DNA of 57,338 nucleotides from an uncultured Thermoplasmatales archaeon. GTDB taxonomy: Archaea; Thermoplasmatota; Thermoplasmata; Thermoplasmatales; GCA-001856825. The stretch is taken from assembly GCA_964541025.1 (NCBI GenBank), contig CAZIOW010000003.1:1-57338 (forward strand), written 5' to 3'. Made by a program: the position numbers and the translations under genes. Of the stretch, positions 29,659 to 38,491 are shown piece by piece. Each line of letters opens with the position of its first letter. The first letter of the stretch is position 1. The notes beneath the pieces were generated by a model. The model was not told the DNA's origin. It saw only the letters and a list, made by a program, of their open reading frames with translations, and searched no databases.

Positions 29659-30416
29659 ATAAAACGTTATCATTCATGATAATTGGACTGATAATTATCA
29701 GCGTATTTTCTGGTTTTGCAAGTGCAAGCAACGTAAGCATAGCTTCTGGTTCAATAACTATTAGCGGGCCATCTCAGGTTGCAGAAGGGTCCAATTTCAC
29801 ATATACAGTGGATGTGAATCACATATTCACTCAATATGAATTGGTAATGATACCAACAGGATACAATTTGACAGGAGCATCACCTGTTAGTCCACAATAC
29901 ATAAATGGAACATTTGCACCAATTACATTCAATATGACAGCTCCATCAGTGCCAACTACACTTCTCCTATTCTTCCAGGTAAGAGCATCTCTAGATGGTG
30001 CAGTGTTCTATTATAACGAGACAGTACCAGTTAACGTTGTGAAGTATACCCTGCTTCATGCAGTAATAAAGAATCCATCCAAATTTGCTGTGGAAGGACT
30101 TAATGTTTCATTCTATGTCAATGGTAAATACGTCGGCGCATCTGAGGTAAATTTGACCGCGAACTCCACTCAAAATGTTACATATAAGTGGCTCTCAGGA
30201 ACTTTGTCACCGGGTGTGTACACAGTATCAATAAATATCAATAATCCAATAGTTAAATTTGTAAATGGCCCGGAGTACAGCATTAAAATTCAATCAGGAA
30301 ATCCAAACATGAATTACATATATGCAGGTATTATTGCTTTTCTAGTAATAATAATCGTCGTCATTTTCATAGGAAGCTATTATTCGAGGAGGAACAGGCC
30401 AAAGTGGAAGAAATAG
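29655..30416 (+). CDS. secreted, membrane-anchored, sequon-rich surface protein
   Basis: 253-aa ORF in an ATGA overlap with aglB. Signal-like N-terminus 'IIGLIIISVFSGFASA'. About 10 N-X-S/T sites. Beta-rich CARDB-like body. C-terminal TM helix plus 'RRNRPKWKK'. Confidence 0.7.
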   Translation: MNKTLSFMIIGLIIISVFSGFASASNVSIASGSITISGPSQVAEGSNFTYTVDVNHIFTQYELVMIPTGYNLTGASPVSPQYINGTFAPITFNMTAPSVPTTLLLFFQVRASLDGAVFYYNETVPVNVVKYTLLHAVIKNPSKFAVEGLNVSFYVNGKYVGASEVNLTANSTQNVTYKWLSGTLSPGVYTVSININNPIVKFVNGPEYSIKIQSGNPNMNYIYAGIIAFLVIIIVVIFIGSYYSRRNRPKWKK

Positions 30417-30419
30417 AAA

Positions 30420-30962
30420 TCACATTATTTTATCACTCATTGCTATATTAATTGCTGCTTCCCAATCATTACCTCTTTTTATTGTTTTTGAACTACCTTT
30501 TTCATTTACAAGAAAGTAGTGAAACCCCCTCAGCGCCTTTATTATTTTATCCCTGTTCATTCTGTCTCCGTTTCCAACCTTAATTTTGAAATCTTTGTAT
30601 CTGCACTGGCTGTGAACATCCTCAACATATTTCCTGATCTCCTCAAAATTGTATATGTTTCTTTTATCTATGACATAATTATCGGCCAGAGTTGCAATAC
30701 CTGGAGTTGGCCCGGGATCAATACCTACAACTATTTCTTTTGTGTTCGATTTATATATGACCTGCCTGATCCTGAACTCATCAGATCCGTCTGTAACAAT
30801 TACATTTTTCTCTTCAATGAACTCATCAGAAAAAACAATATCATATGCCTTGAGATCGGCACCTTCTGTAATGGAAGAAAATGGGATTTCCATCTTCTTG
30901 AAAAGGGATATCATCCTGTAATAAACCCTGAAATTTTTTGTGTAAATGGCAATCCTCAACAT
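30420..30962 (-). CDS. hypothetical protein with a possible YqgF/RuvX-like RNase H-fold domain
   Basis: 180-aa ORF. 'VVGIDPGPTPGIATL', 'KVGNGD', 'VNEKGSSKT' and 'DWEAAINIA' echo the RuvX motifs G.D.G...G.A, VDE..TT and D..AA..I. This is a weak call made by eye. Confidence 0.35.
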   Translation of the reverse strand: MLRIAIYTKNFRVYYRMISLFKKMEIPFSSITEGADLKAYDIVFSDEFIEEKNVIVTDGSDEFRIRQVIYKSNTKEIVVGIDPGPTPGIATLADNYVIDKRNIYNFEEIRKYVEDVHSQCRYKDFKIKVGNGDRMNRDKIIKALRGFHYFLVNEKGSSKTIKRGNDWEAAINIAMSDKIM

Positions 30963-31030
30963 TTCTTAAATAGAATATCATAAAAAAATTTTATGCCATT
31001 TCCTTCCAGTGTATTAATTCTATCCCTCGA

Positions 31031-31276
31031 TCATACGAGATAATCCATCTTTTTACTATTTTCCACCTTTTCAAGAGTATTGTCTGTTTCAATATATATT
31101 ATGTCAAGCATATTGATAAGAAAATTTTTGTTACCGCTTTTCACGTAAACCAGGGGCTGCATGGAATCGGACACTCCCATAAATGTTCCTTCCAGAGTCT
31201 TAATTTCGTTACCTGCTCTCAAATAAATTATAACATGAGACCCTTCATTAAGGCTAAAATTTGTAAATTCCTTCAT
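31031..31276 (-). CDS. hypothetical small protein (possible Sm-like fold)
   Basis: 81-aa ORF. 'VIIYLRAGNEIKTLEGTFMGVSD...FLINMLDIIYIE' loosely follows the Sm1/Sm2 pattern. Confidence 0.3.
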   Translation of the reverse strand: MKEFTNFSLNEGSHVIIYLRAGNEIKTLEGTFMGVSDSMQPLVYVKSGNKNFLINMLDIIYIETDNTLEKVENSKKMDYLV

Positions 31277-31306
31277 GAATTAATAATGATATCAGATATA
31301 AAAAAA

Positions 31307-31777
31307 TTATTTAACTACCAGGACAGCACATTCTGAATTTGCTGCCACCCTCTGGCTCACAGAACCGAGGAATACCCCTCTGATGAATCCCCTTCTTCTA
31401 TTCCCTATAACAATCAGATCTGGATTTTTATCCTTCGCAAGTTCCAGAATTTCCTTTGCCGGGTCCCCCTGCCTAAGGAAAATGTGAACATTCATCACTC
31501 CATTTGAAACCGCATAATCTTTTGCCTGATTCAAAATGCTCTCGCCCTTTTCCTTCAGGGTCGTAAGGCGTTCAAGGAGAGTCATATCTCCTGTGGGGTT
31601 TTCACCTGTTATATACTGAACAGGGTAAGGAACAACAAGAATAATATTCAGCTCCATGTCCTTCATCAATTTAGCAATGCTGATGGCCATATCAAGTGCC
31701 CTCATAGAAGGTTTGGAACCATCAATCGCTGCCAGTATTTTGGAAATTGGAAGAACTCCCCTGTTTTTCATTTCCAT
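31307..31777 (-). CDS. universal stress protein (UspA family)
   Basis: 156-aa ORF with 'ILAAIDGS' at the N-terminus and 'DLIVIGNRRRG...GSVSQRVAANSECAVLVVK' at the C-terminus. Confidence 0.9.
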   Translation of the reverse strand: MEMKNRGVLPISKILAAIDGSKPSMRALDMAISIAKLMKDMELNIILVVPYPVQYITGENPTGDMTLLERLTTLKEKGESILNQAKDYAVSNGVMNVHIFLRQGDPAKEILELAKDKNPDLIVIGNRRRGFIRGVFLGSVSQRVAANSECAVLVVK

Positions 31778-32038
31778 AAATACATATAGATGATATCTTA
31801 TAAAAATATTTCTTCAATTTTTTTATCTTAAGAAATAAATCTAGACTTAAATTTTTACATTGTAACGAAAAATAATCATTTGTTTCTGATTTGTCCCTAT
31901 GGTTTGATAAGATGAATAGGGGAATTCTTATTCAGTATAGAAGAGATGATATGATTGCTGAGTGGAATGTAGAATTTCTCTTGCATAAAAAAATACTAAA
32001 TTGAGGAACATCTAGTTTTAATATTCCATTAAATTCAG

Positions 32039-32668
32039 ATGGCATTGAAGGACATCATAGATGTGATTGATAAAATAAAGAAAATGGCATCACCACACAT
32101 TGGATTATGGGATGATCCTTGGCGAATTCTGATAACAGGTATACTTTCAACGAGAACAAAGGATGAAACAACAGACAGGGCAAGCATGAGGCTTTTCTGC
32201 AAGTTTTCAAATCCGATAGAACTTTCGAGAGCGGATGAAAAGGAAGTGGAATCATTAATTAAACCTGTTGGTTTTTACAGACAGAAGGCCAAGAATGTAA
32301 TAAGAGCTTCAAGAATGATTGTTGAAGATTTCGGCAATGAGATTCCTGACAAGATGGAAGAATTACTCAAGATCCCCGGGGTGGGGAGGAAAGTAGCAAA
32401 CATTGTTATTTCGTATGGTTTTAAGGGCTATGGGCTTGCTGTAGATACCCACGTATTCAGAGTGTTTAACAGGATTGGGGTAGTCAGAGCTAAAAATCCA
32501 GAGGAAATGGAATTTAAATTAAAGTCAAAACTGCCGCAAGATAGGTGGAATGAAGTAAATTCATATCTTGTGGAATTCGGTAAAAACATATGTAAACCAT
32601 TGAAACCGAGATGTGAAATATGCCTGTTGAGAATAGAATGCGATTACTTCAGGGGAAGAGAAAAATGA
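32039..32668 (+). CDS. nth: endonuclease III (HhH-GPD glycosylase with 4Fe-4S cluster)
   Basis: 209-aa ORF with HhH 'LLKIPGVGRKVANIV', catalytic 'VDTHVFRV' and the Cys cluster 'CKPLKPRCEICLLRIEC'. Confidence 0.9.
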   Translation: MALKDIIDVIDKIKKMASPHIGLWDDPWRILITGILSTRTKDETTDRASMRLFCKFSNPIELSRADEKEVESLIKPVGFYRQKAKNVIRASRMIVEDFGNEIPDKMEELLKIPGVGRKVANIVISYGFKGYGLAVDTHVFRVFNRIGVVRAKNPEEMEFKLKSKLPQDRWNEVNSYLVEFGKNICKPLKPRCEICLLRIECDYFRGREK

Positions 32669-33147
32669 AAATTGTAGTTGATTCTTCATCATTTTTCAAT
32701 GGTTTTCTTCCTGATTCCCACAATGAATATTACACGACCAATTCCGTGATGCAAGAAGTCAGAGGTAAAAAAATGAGGGATGAATTGGAGTTGAGATCAA
32801 CTTTTCTAAAAATATTATCACCCAGTCCTGAGAATATAAAGGTGGCAAAGGATGTTGCAAAAAAAACAGGAGACAGCGAACAGCTAAGTGATACTGATGT
32901 GGAAGTAATTGCTCTTGCAATACAGATTTCAGCATCCATTCTGACAAATGACCTGGCAATACAGAATGTTTGCAGAGTAATTGGAATAGATTATGAATCA
33001 TTTAAATCAAAGAAGATCAAGAATGAAATAGTGTGGAAATATAAATGCACAGGCTGCCGAAATGTTTATGATATCAATTACACCGAATGCCCGCACTGCG
33101 GAAATAAACTTAAAAAATTTCCAGTTAAAATAAAACCTATACGGTGA
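32665..33147 (+). CDS. nob1: Nob1-type endoribonuclease (PIN domain plus zinc ribbon)
   Basis: The start is taken at ATG 32665, in an ATGA overlap with nth. PIN motifs 'KIVVDSSSF' and 'DTDVEVIALA'. C-terminal ribbon 'CTGC...CPHCG'. Confidence 0.8.
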   Translation: MKIVVDSSSFFNGFLPDSHNEYYTTNSVMQEVRGKKMRDELELRSTFLKILSPSPENIKVAKDVAKKTGDSEQLSDTDVEVIALAIQISASILTNDLAIQNVCRVIGIDYESFKSKKIKNEIVWKYKCTGCRNVYDINYTECPHCGNKLKKFPVKIKPIR

Positions 33148-33907
33148 TCCATTTAATAACTAGAAATTTCAATCCAGATTTTTCATATCCTTGAACATAT
33201 GTCTTTTTAACGGAATGAGCGACCCTAACTCTTGCTACAAGGTCCTTGGTGCTCAGCTTATTCTCTATGTTCAGAAGGTACTTTGCATGGGTCTTTTCAT
33301 CCTCATAAATCCTGTAATCAGAGCCATATTTTGATCCAGATTTAATGGTGAGTTCTTCCTGCTTCAATTTTTTAAGAAAATCACCAGTATCCTTAAGTTT
33401 TTGCATTTCTTTACTATTGAAATTGAATTTTTCCATCTGATAAAGAATGCAATCTCCATCATCATCGACCACAATCACCAGAGTTGGAAACCTTTTAAAA
33501 TCACTGAAAACAATGAATTCTGGATATCTTATCACAGGAATTTTCTTACCTTTAACGTATATTGAATTATTTTTGATTATTGGTTTATATCCTTTCTCTC
33601 TCAAAAATCTGTAGGCGTGAAAGAGGAAAATATTGCTTCCAATTGATGACAATATCTCCTTTTCAGTCAATTTCCTGCTTCCAGAATATATATCAATCTT
33701 CCTCTTTGAATAGAGATAGTAAGAAGAAATCAAATCCAATGATAACTTTTCTCCGTGGTTAATGCCTTTGAAACCCTTATTTCTCAAAGTTGAGGATGCT
33801 TTTTCATCATCTATTATAATTCTTTTGCCTCTTTTGTGCCCAGTATACATTTCAAGATACCACCAATTTGGCCGCTGCTTCTTGAAGCTGTTTAATATTC
33901 TCTCCAT
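33137..33907 (-). CDS. endA: tRNA-splicing endonuclease
   Basis: 256-aa ORF. The C-terminal catalytic block is 'GSKYGSDYRIYEDEKTHAKYLL...RVAHSVKK' (Tyr/His/Lys triad pattern). An alternative start at ATG 33850 would remove the overlap with the upstream GTPase gene. Confidence 0.8.
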   Translation of the reverse strand: MERILNSFKKQRPNWWYLEMYTGHKRGKRIIIDDEKASSTLRNKGFKGINHGEKLSLDLISSYYLYSKRKIDIYSGSRKLTEKEILSSIGSNIFLFHAYRFLREKGYKPIIKNNSIYVKGKKIPVIRYPEFIVFSDFKRFPTLVIVVDDDGDCILYQMEKFNFNSKEMQKLKDTGDFLKKLKQEELTIKSGSKYGSDYRIYEDEKTHAKYLLNIENKLSTKDLVARVRVAHSVKKTYVQGYEKSGLKFLVIKWITV

Positions 33908-34322
33908 TCTTAGCGGATACAGGTATCACCTGGATTTTTCTATTTCCAAGCAATTTTATAACATCCTCCACCCAGAATGATGCACTGTAGTGAAGGTCAG
34001 ATTTATTGATTGCTATGATGATCTTCCTATCTCCAACCATTTCCAGTATTCCTGGAAGCTGGTTATAATCGAGCTCATTATTTGAATCTAGAACAATTAT
34101 AAATCCAGCAGTTTTTTCGGATGTAGGAAGGGTATTCACTTCCTTCAGCAATAATGTGACTGGTTTCCCATTAAGATTTATCGGATTAGTTCTATAAAAC
34201 TGTCCGGTACCGATAGAGCAATCCCCGTATGAATCGAAAACTATCCTGCAAAGGAGACTTGATTTGCCTGAACCCCTTGGTCCAACAATCAAGATTTTGA
34301 ATAGGCTGGAAAGTACCGGCAT
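33852..34322 (-). CDS. small Ras-superfamily-like GTP-binding protein (atypical G3)
   Basis: 156-aa ORF with G1 'GPRGSGKS', G4 'NKSD' and G5 'SAK'. No DxxG is found at the G3 position, which reads 'LLLKEVNT'. Confidence 0.7.
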   Translation of the reverse strand: MPVLSSLFKILIVGPRGSGKSSLLCRIVFDSYGDCSIGTGQFYRTNPINLNGKPVTLLLKEVNTLPTSEKTAGFIIVLDSNNELDYNQLPGILEMVGDRKIIIAINKSDLHYSASFWVEDVIKLLGNRKIQVIPVSAKNGENIKQLQEAAAKLVVS

Positions 34323-34495
34323 TTTAGTTTTAATATTACCGCCTATAAAATACTTTTTTTAATCCACATTTATGATAAAATTGATAATGGAATTTCTGTT
34401 AAATTTCAAGAAGAAGAAATTTATAGAGCTTATGGAACTTATTTTCCTTTTTAAAAAATAGTAAAGAATTAAAGTGAGATAATCATAACCTTCCA

Positions 34496-35041
34496 ATGTC
34501 CAACATGATCCCCCGCAAAATATTCTTCACGAAGGGAATTGGCACACATAAGAGCCAGCTTGGTTCCTTCGAAAATGCTCTCAGAGATGCAGGGATAGCG
34601 AAGTATAATCTAGTGGAAGTGAGCTCAATTTTTCCTCCTTACGCTGAAATAATAGATAGAGAAGAGGGGCTTAGTGAACTGAAGGCGGGTCAGATATTAT
34701 TTCTTGTCCTTGCCAGAAACAGCTCCAACGAGCTTTCAAGGTTGATAACGGCGTCAGTCGGCCTTGCAATACCAAGAAACAGGACTATGTATGGCTATCT
34801 CAGCGAGCATCACAGTTATGGAGAGACAGCAGAATCAGCGGGCAAATTTGCGGAGGAACTGGCGGCAGAAATGCTGGCCAGTACAATGGGCCTTGATTCT
34901 TATTTGGAAACAGACAAGGAAACTGGAAAGTTCAAGCTAAATGACGCTATATTGATGACAAATAATATAACAGCATCTGCTGTCGTAAAGGGTGTAAATG
35001 AATGGACAACAGTAATAGCGGCCGCAGTTATGATAATATAG
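34496..35041 (+). CDS. pdaD: pyruvoyl-dependent arginine decarboxylase
   Basis: 181-aa ORF with '[12 protein letters not shown]...SFE.ALRDAGI..YNLV.VSSI', typical of PdaD including the self-cleavage Ser-Ser site. Confidence 0.9.
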   Translation: MSNMIPRKIFFTKGIGTHKSQLGSFENALRDAGIAKYNLVEVSSIFPPYAEIIDREEGLSELKAGQILFLVLARNSSNELSRLITASVGLAIPRNRTMYGYLSEHHSYGETAESAGKFAEELAAEMLASTMGLDSYLETDKETGKFKLNDAILMTNNITASAVVKGVNEWTTVIAAAVMII

Positions 35042-35049
35042 GTGATATT

Positions 35050-37761
35050 ATGGAATATGACTATCAGTCCATTGAGGATAAATGGCAGAGATTATGGGAC
35101 CAAGGGAAAATTTATGAGCCAAGCATGGGGGGTAAAAAATTTTTAATTACGGTACCATATCCATACTGTAATGGTGCCCTTCATATAGGTCACGGGAGAA
35201 CATATACCATAGCCGACATATTTGCCAGATTCAAGAGAATGAGCGGCTACAACGTCCTCTTTCCAATGGCATTCCACATTTCAGGTACACCCATCCTTGC
35301 ATTCAGCAAAAAAATTGAAAAGGGAGATAGGGCGACAATAGACCTTTACAAATCCTATATGGAATTATACGGAGACGATCCAGAAAAGGTTTATGAATTC
35401 TCTAAACCTGAAAATATTGCAAATTACTTTGCAAATAAAATTATCCTTGATTTTAAAAATCTTGGGCTGTCCATAGACTGGACAAGACAGTTCAACTCAG
35501 GAGAAAATATATACAACAAATTTGTGGAATGGCAATTCAGGAAGCTGATGGAAAAGGGATATCTCAAGCAGGGCGATTATCCATTGCTATACTCACCAAG
35601 CGACGGTAATCCTGTAGGCGAAGATGATATTCAGGAAGGGGACACAGATAAGGTATCTATCACAGAATTCGTCTCTGTCATGTTTGAAATGAAGGATTAC
35701 AATCTTCTAGCTTCATCGCTCAGACCGGAAACGCTGGAGGGTGTTACAAATTTATTCGTGAATCCTGAATCAAATTATTCTATTTTCACATTCAACAATA
35801 AAAAATTCGTGGCTAGCAATGAAGGTTTCAACAAGCTCAGGTACCAGCTCAAAGTGGAAAAGACTGGCGAGATAAAGGGAAGGGAATTGATTGGCAAGGA
35901 AGCAACTGAGCCTCTGCACAGGAGATCTATACCAATAATTGAAGGAAAATTTGTTGATCCGGACAATGCAAGCGGCATAGTCTACTCAGTTCCATACCAC
36001 TCGATATGGGATTATGTCGCTCTAAAGGATGCCGGGGTTAATCTGGAAACGATCAAGGTCATTGAGATGGATGAGGAGGAAAGAATGGATGAGATAATGA
36101 AAAAGTTCAACATATCCAGCCTCAGTGACAGGGAAAAACTTGAAGAGGCAACAAAATACCTTTATGAAAAGGAATTCTACCACGGAAAGATTGCAAAGGG
36201 GGAGTACAAGGGGAAATATATCAGGGAGATAAAGGATCAGATAGTGGAAGATTTCATATCCAGGGGAATAGCGATCAAATTTTATGAGACCTCCAGAAAA
36301 GCGTTCACCAGAGAAGGCGATAGGGTAATAGTGGCAATAATAAATGGACAGTGGTTCATTGACTATTCAAAGGCTGAATGGAAAGAGAAGGTGAGAGAAC
36401 TAATAAATAGAATGGAACTCAAACCTGAACCTCTCAAATCTCAGTTTCTGCAGATGGTTGACTGGATAAGGGAAAGGCCATGCGCGAGAAGGAGAGGACT
36501 GGGGACAAGATTGCCAATGGACAGGGAATGGATCATTGAAAGTCTTAGTGATTCGACAATTTACACCTCACTATATCCAATCATCAGATACCTCAGGAAA
36601 ATAGGTTATGAGAATATTGATGACTCAATATTCAATTTCATTTTCCTCGGCGAGGACTCAATTGATGGGAAGAATGAACATATAATGGAAATTGCGAAAA
36701 AGGCAAGGAAGGAATTTGAATTCTGGTATCCAGTTGATTTGAGGCACACAAGCTATCCGCACATTTCAAACCACCTTACATTCTACCTTTTCCAGCACGT
36801 AGCAATCTTTCCCGAAAAATACTGGCCTGTTGGTATTTCAACTGGGGGAATAGTGATCTCAGAGGGGCAGAAGATGGCAAAAAGCAAGGGGAACGTGATC
36901 CCTCTGCTCACTGTAAAGAGAAAATATGGAGCAGATCTGTTCAGGCTTTATCTTGCTTCTAATGCGGATGTTTGGTACGATGTAGACTGGAGATCAAATG
37001 AAGCAGATAATTATACTAAGAAGATGGAGCGCTTCTTTGAGCTTGTCTCTGATGCTTCTAAGGTAAATGGGGAGCCAGAGGAAAGGGACCTATGGCTCAT
37101 AGCCAGATTCAACAGGAGATTGGCGAAGGCAAAGCAGTCTTTCGAGTCAATGAAGATAAGGGATGCATCAGTTGAGCTGTTCTTCAACACTCTAAACGAT
37201 ATCAGGGATCTTGAGAATTTTGCCGGGACAGAAAGGACACTTAGGGTCGTAAGAAAAATTGCTGACAAGTGGGCTCTTTCACTATCCCCTATCATCCCAT
37301 ACATATCAGAGGAGGTCCACAGCATCTATGGAGGGAATAATTTCGCAAGCCTCCAGAATTACCCTGAACCAGATAATTCTTATGACGATTATGAAAGGGA
37401 GTGGATGTTTATTGAATCTGTGATCGAGGATTACAGGAATATAGTGAAAATATCGCAGGATAAACATTCCAAGCTGACAATAAATACTGCAGAAGACTGG
37501 AAATGGGATATTCTGGAAAGATACAGGAAGGAGGGGAAGAATATTATGAGGGAACTGAACAGTGAAGAGAGAGAATTTGTACTGCAACTGATAAAAAAGG
37601 GTGATATGAAAACAGGTGTAAGGAATGAAACTGAAATCCTCCAAAAGTACAGGGAAGACCTGAAAAAAATGCTGAATGTAGAAATTGAAATCAACGGAGA
37701 GATTCCCGCAGGAAGAATGAAGAAAGCTTATCCTGGAAAACCTTCACTCACTTTATCTTGA
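35050..37761 (+). CDS. leuS: leucine--tRNA ligase (archaeal type)
   Basis: About 903 aa from ATG 35050, which is preceded by a GGTGA Shine-Dalgarno-like element. 'HIGHGRTY' and 'KMAKSKGN' are the class I motifs. The N-terminus is 'IEDKWQRLW'. Confidence 0.93.
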   Translation: MEYDYQSIEDKWQRLWDQGKIYEPSMGGKKFLITVPYPYCNGALHIGHGRTYTIADIFARFKRMSGYNVLFPMAFHISGTPILAFSKKIEKGDRATIDLYKSYMELYGDDPEKVYEFSKPENIANYFANKIILDFKNLGLSIDWTRQFNSGENIYNKFVEWQFRKLMEKGYLKQGDYPLLYSPSDGNPVGEDDIQEGDTDKVSITEFVSVMFEMKDYNLLASSLRPETLEGVTNLFVNPESNYSIFTFNNKKFVASNEGFNKLRYQLKVEKTGEIKGRELIGKEATEPLHRRSIPIIEGKFVDPDNASGIVYSVPYHSIWDYVALKDAGVNLETIKVIEMDEEERMDEIMKKFNISSLSDREKLEEATKYLYEKEFYHGKIAKGEYKGKYIREIKDQIVEDFISRGIAIKFYETSRKAFTREGDRVIVAIINGQWFIDYSKAEWKEKVRELINRMELKPEPLKSQFLQMVDWIRERPCARRRGLGTRLPMDREWIIESLSDSTIYTSLYPIIRYLRKIGYENIDDSIFNFIFLGEDSIDGKNEHIMEIAKKARKEFEFWYPVDLRHTSYPHISNHLTFYLFQHVAIFPEKYWPVGISTGGIVISEGQKMAKSKGNVIPLLTVKRKYGADLFRLYLASNADVWYDVDWRSNEADNYTKKMERFFELVSDASKVNGEPEERDLWLIARFNRRLAKAKQSFESMKIRDASVELFFNTLNDIRDLENFAGTERTLRVVRKIADKWALSLSPIIPYISEEVHSIYGGNNFASLQNYPEPDNSYDDYEREWMFIESVIEDYRNIVKISQDKHSKLTINTAEDWKWDILERYRKEGKNIMRELNSEEREFVLQLIKKGDMKTGVRNETEILQKYREDLKKMLNVEIEINGEIPAGRMKKAYPGKPSLTLS

Positions 37762-37765
37762 ATTT

Positions 37766-38491
37766 TTATTTTGATCTGTTCAAAAATTTTTGAACCAGTT
37801 CCCTGGATTTTTCTGACTCTATAACTTCCCCGAAAAACCTGCTTTCCATATCTCCTGAATATATGTCCTGAGAAAGGAGCTTCTTTATCCTCTTGACGCT
37901 TTCTTCTGATTTATCTGCAAGGGACTGAGCAAGATCCATGGAATCCCTTTCAACATTTTCAGATAGTATCTGAGCTATTCCCCTCTCGTATGCCTCCCTT
38001 CCAGTCAGTACCTTTCCGGTGAGAGCCATATACCTCGCGAACCCCTTATTAACAAGTGCACTTACCCTCTTTATTCCTCCCCATCCAGGGAAAATGCCTA
38101 GATTTATCTCCGTTAGCCCCAACTTTGTATCTGGAGAAATTATCCTGATGTCGCAGCTGAGGGCAAGCTCAAGACCTCCTCCGTAGGCTCCACCCATGAC
38201 AGCCGCTATCGATATTGCATTATTGTTCTGTATCATATCCATTATTTCATTGCCTCTCTTAGAAAATGATTCAGCATCCTTCCCGCTGAGATCTTTGAAT
38301 ATTGAAACATCTGCACCGGCAGAGAAGAATCCTCCCTCTCCTTTAATGAGAATAACTCTATATCCATTATTTTCCCTGAGAGCCTTGTATATTTCCTCCA
38401 CGACCTCCATAGTAAGAGAATTTTTCTTCTCTGGTCTGTTTATTGTAAGTAAAAGGACCTTACCATCCAGTGAAGATTTCAGAACAGTCAT
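37766..38491 (-). CDS. enoyl-CoA hydratase/isomerase (crotonase) family protein
   Basis: 241-aa ORF with 'FFSAGADV' and 'GGAYGGGLELALSCDIRI', the crotonase oxyanion-hole motifs. Confidence 0.9.
   Translation of the reverse strand: MTVLKSSLDGKVLLLTINRPEKKNSLTMEVVEEIYKALRENNGYRVILIKGEGGFFSAGADVSIFKDLSGKDAESFSKRGNEIMDMIQNNNAISIAAVMGGAYGGGLELALSCDIRIISPDTKLGLTEINLGIFPGWGGIKRVSALVNKGFARYMALTGKVLTGREAYERGIAQILSENVERDSMDLAQSLADKSEESVKRIKKLLSQDIYSGDMESRFFGEVIESEKSRELVQKFLNRSK

Noticed and set aside
32620-32664. Upstream extension of the Nob1 ORF
   Set aside because: It overlaps the nth Fe-S cluster region in another frame. ATG 32665, in an ATGA overlap, starts the PIN domain 'MKIVVDSS'.
35002-35049. 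Upstream extension of the leuS ORF overlapping the pdaD 3' end
   Set aside because: ATG 35050 is preceded by GGTGA and begins the conserved 'MEYDYQSIEDKWQ' N-terminus. The extension ('[16 protein letters not shown]') is read in an alternative frame of pdaD.
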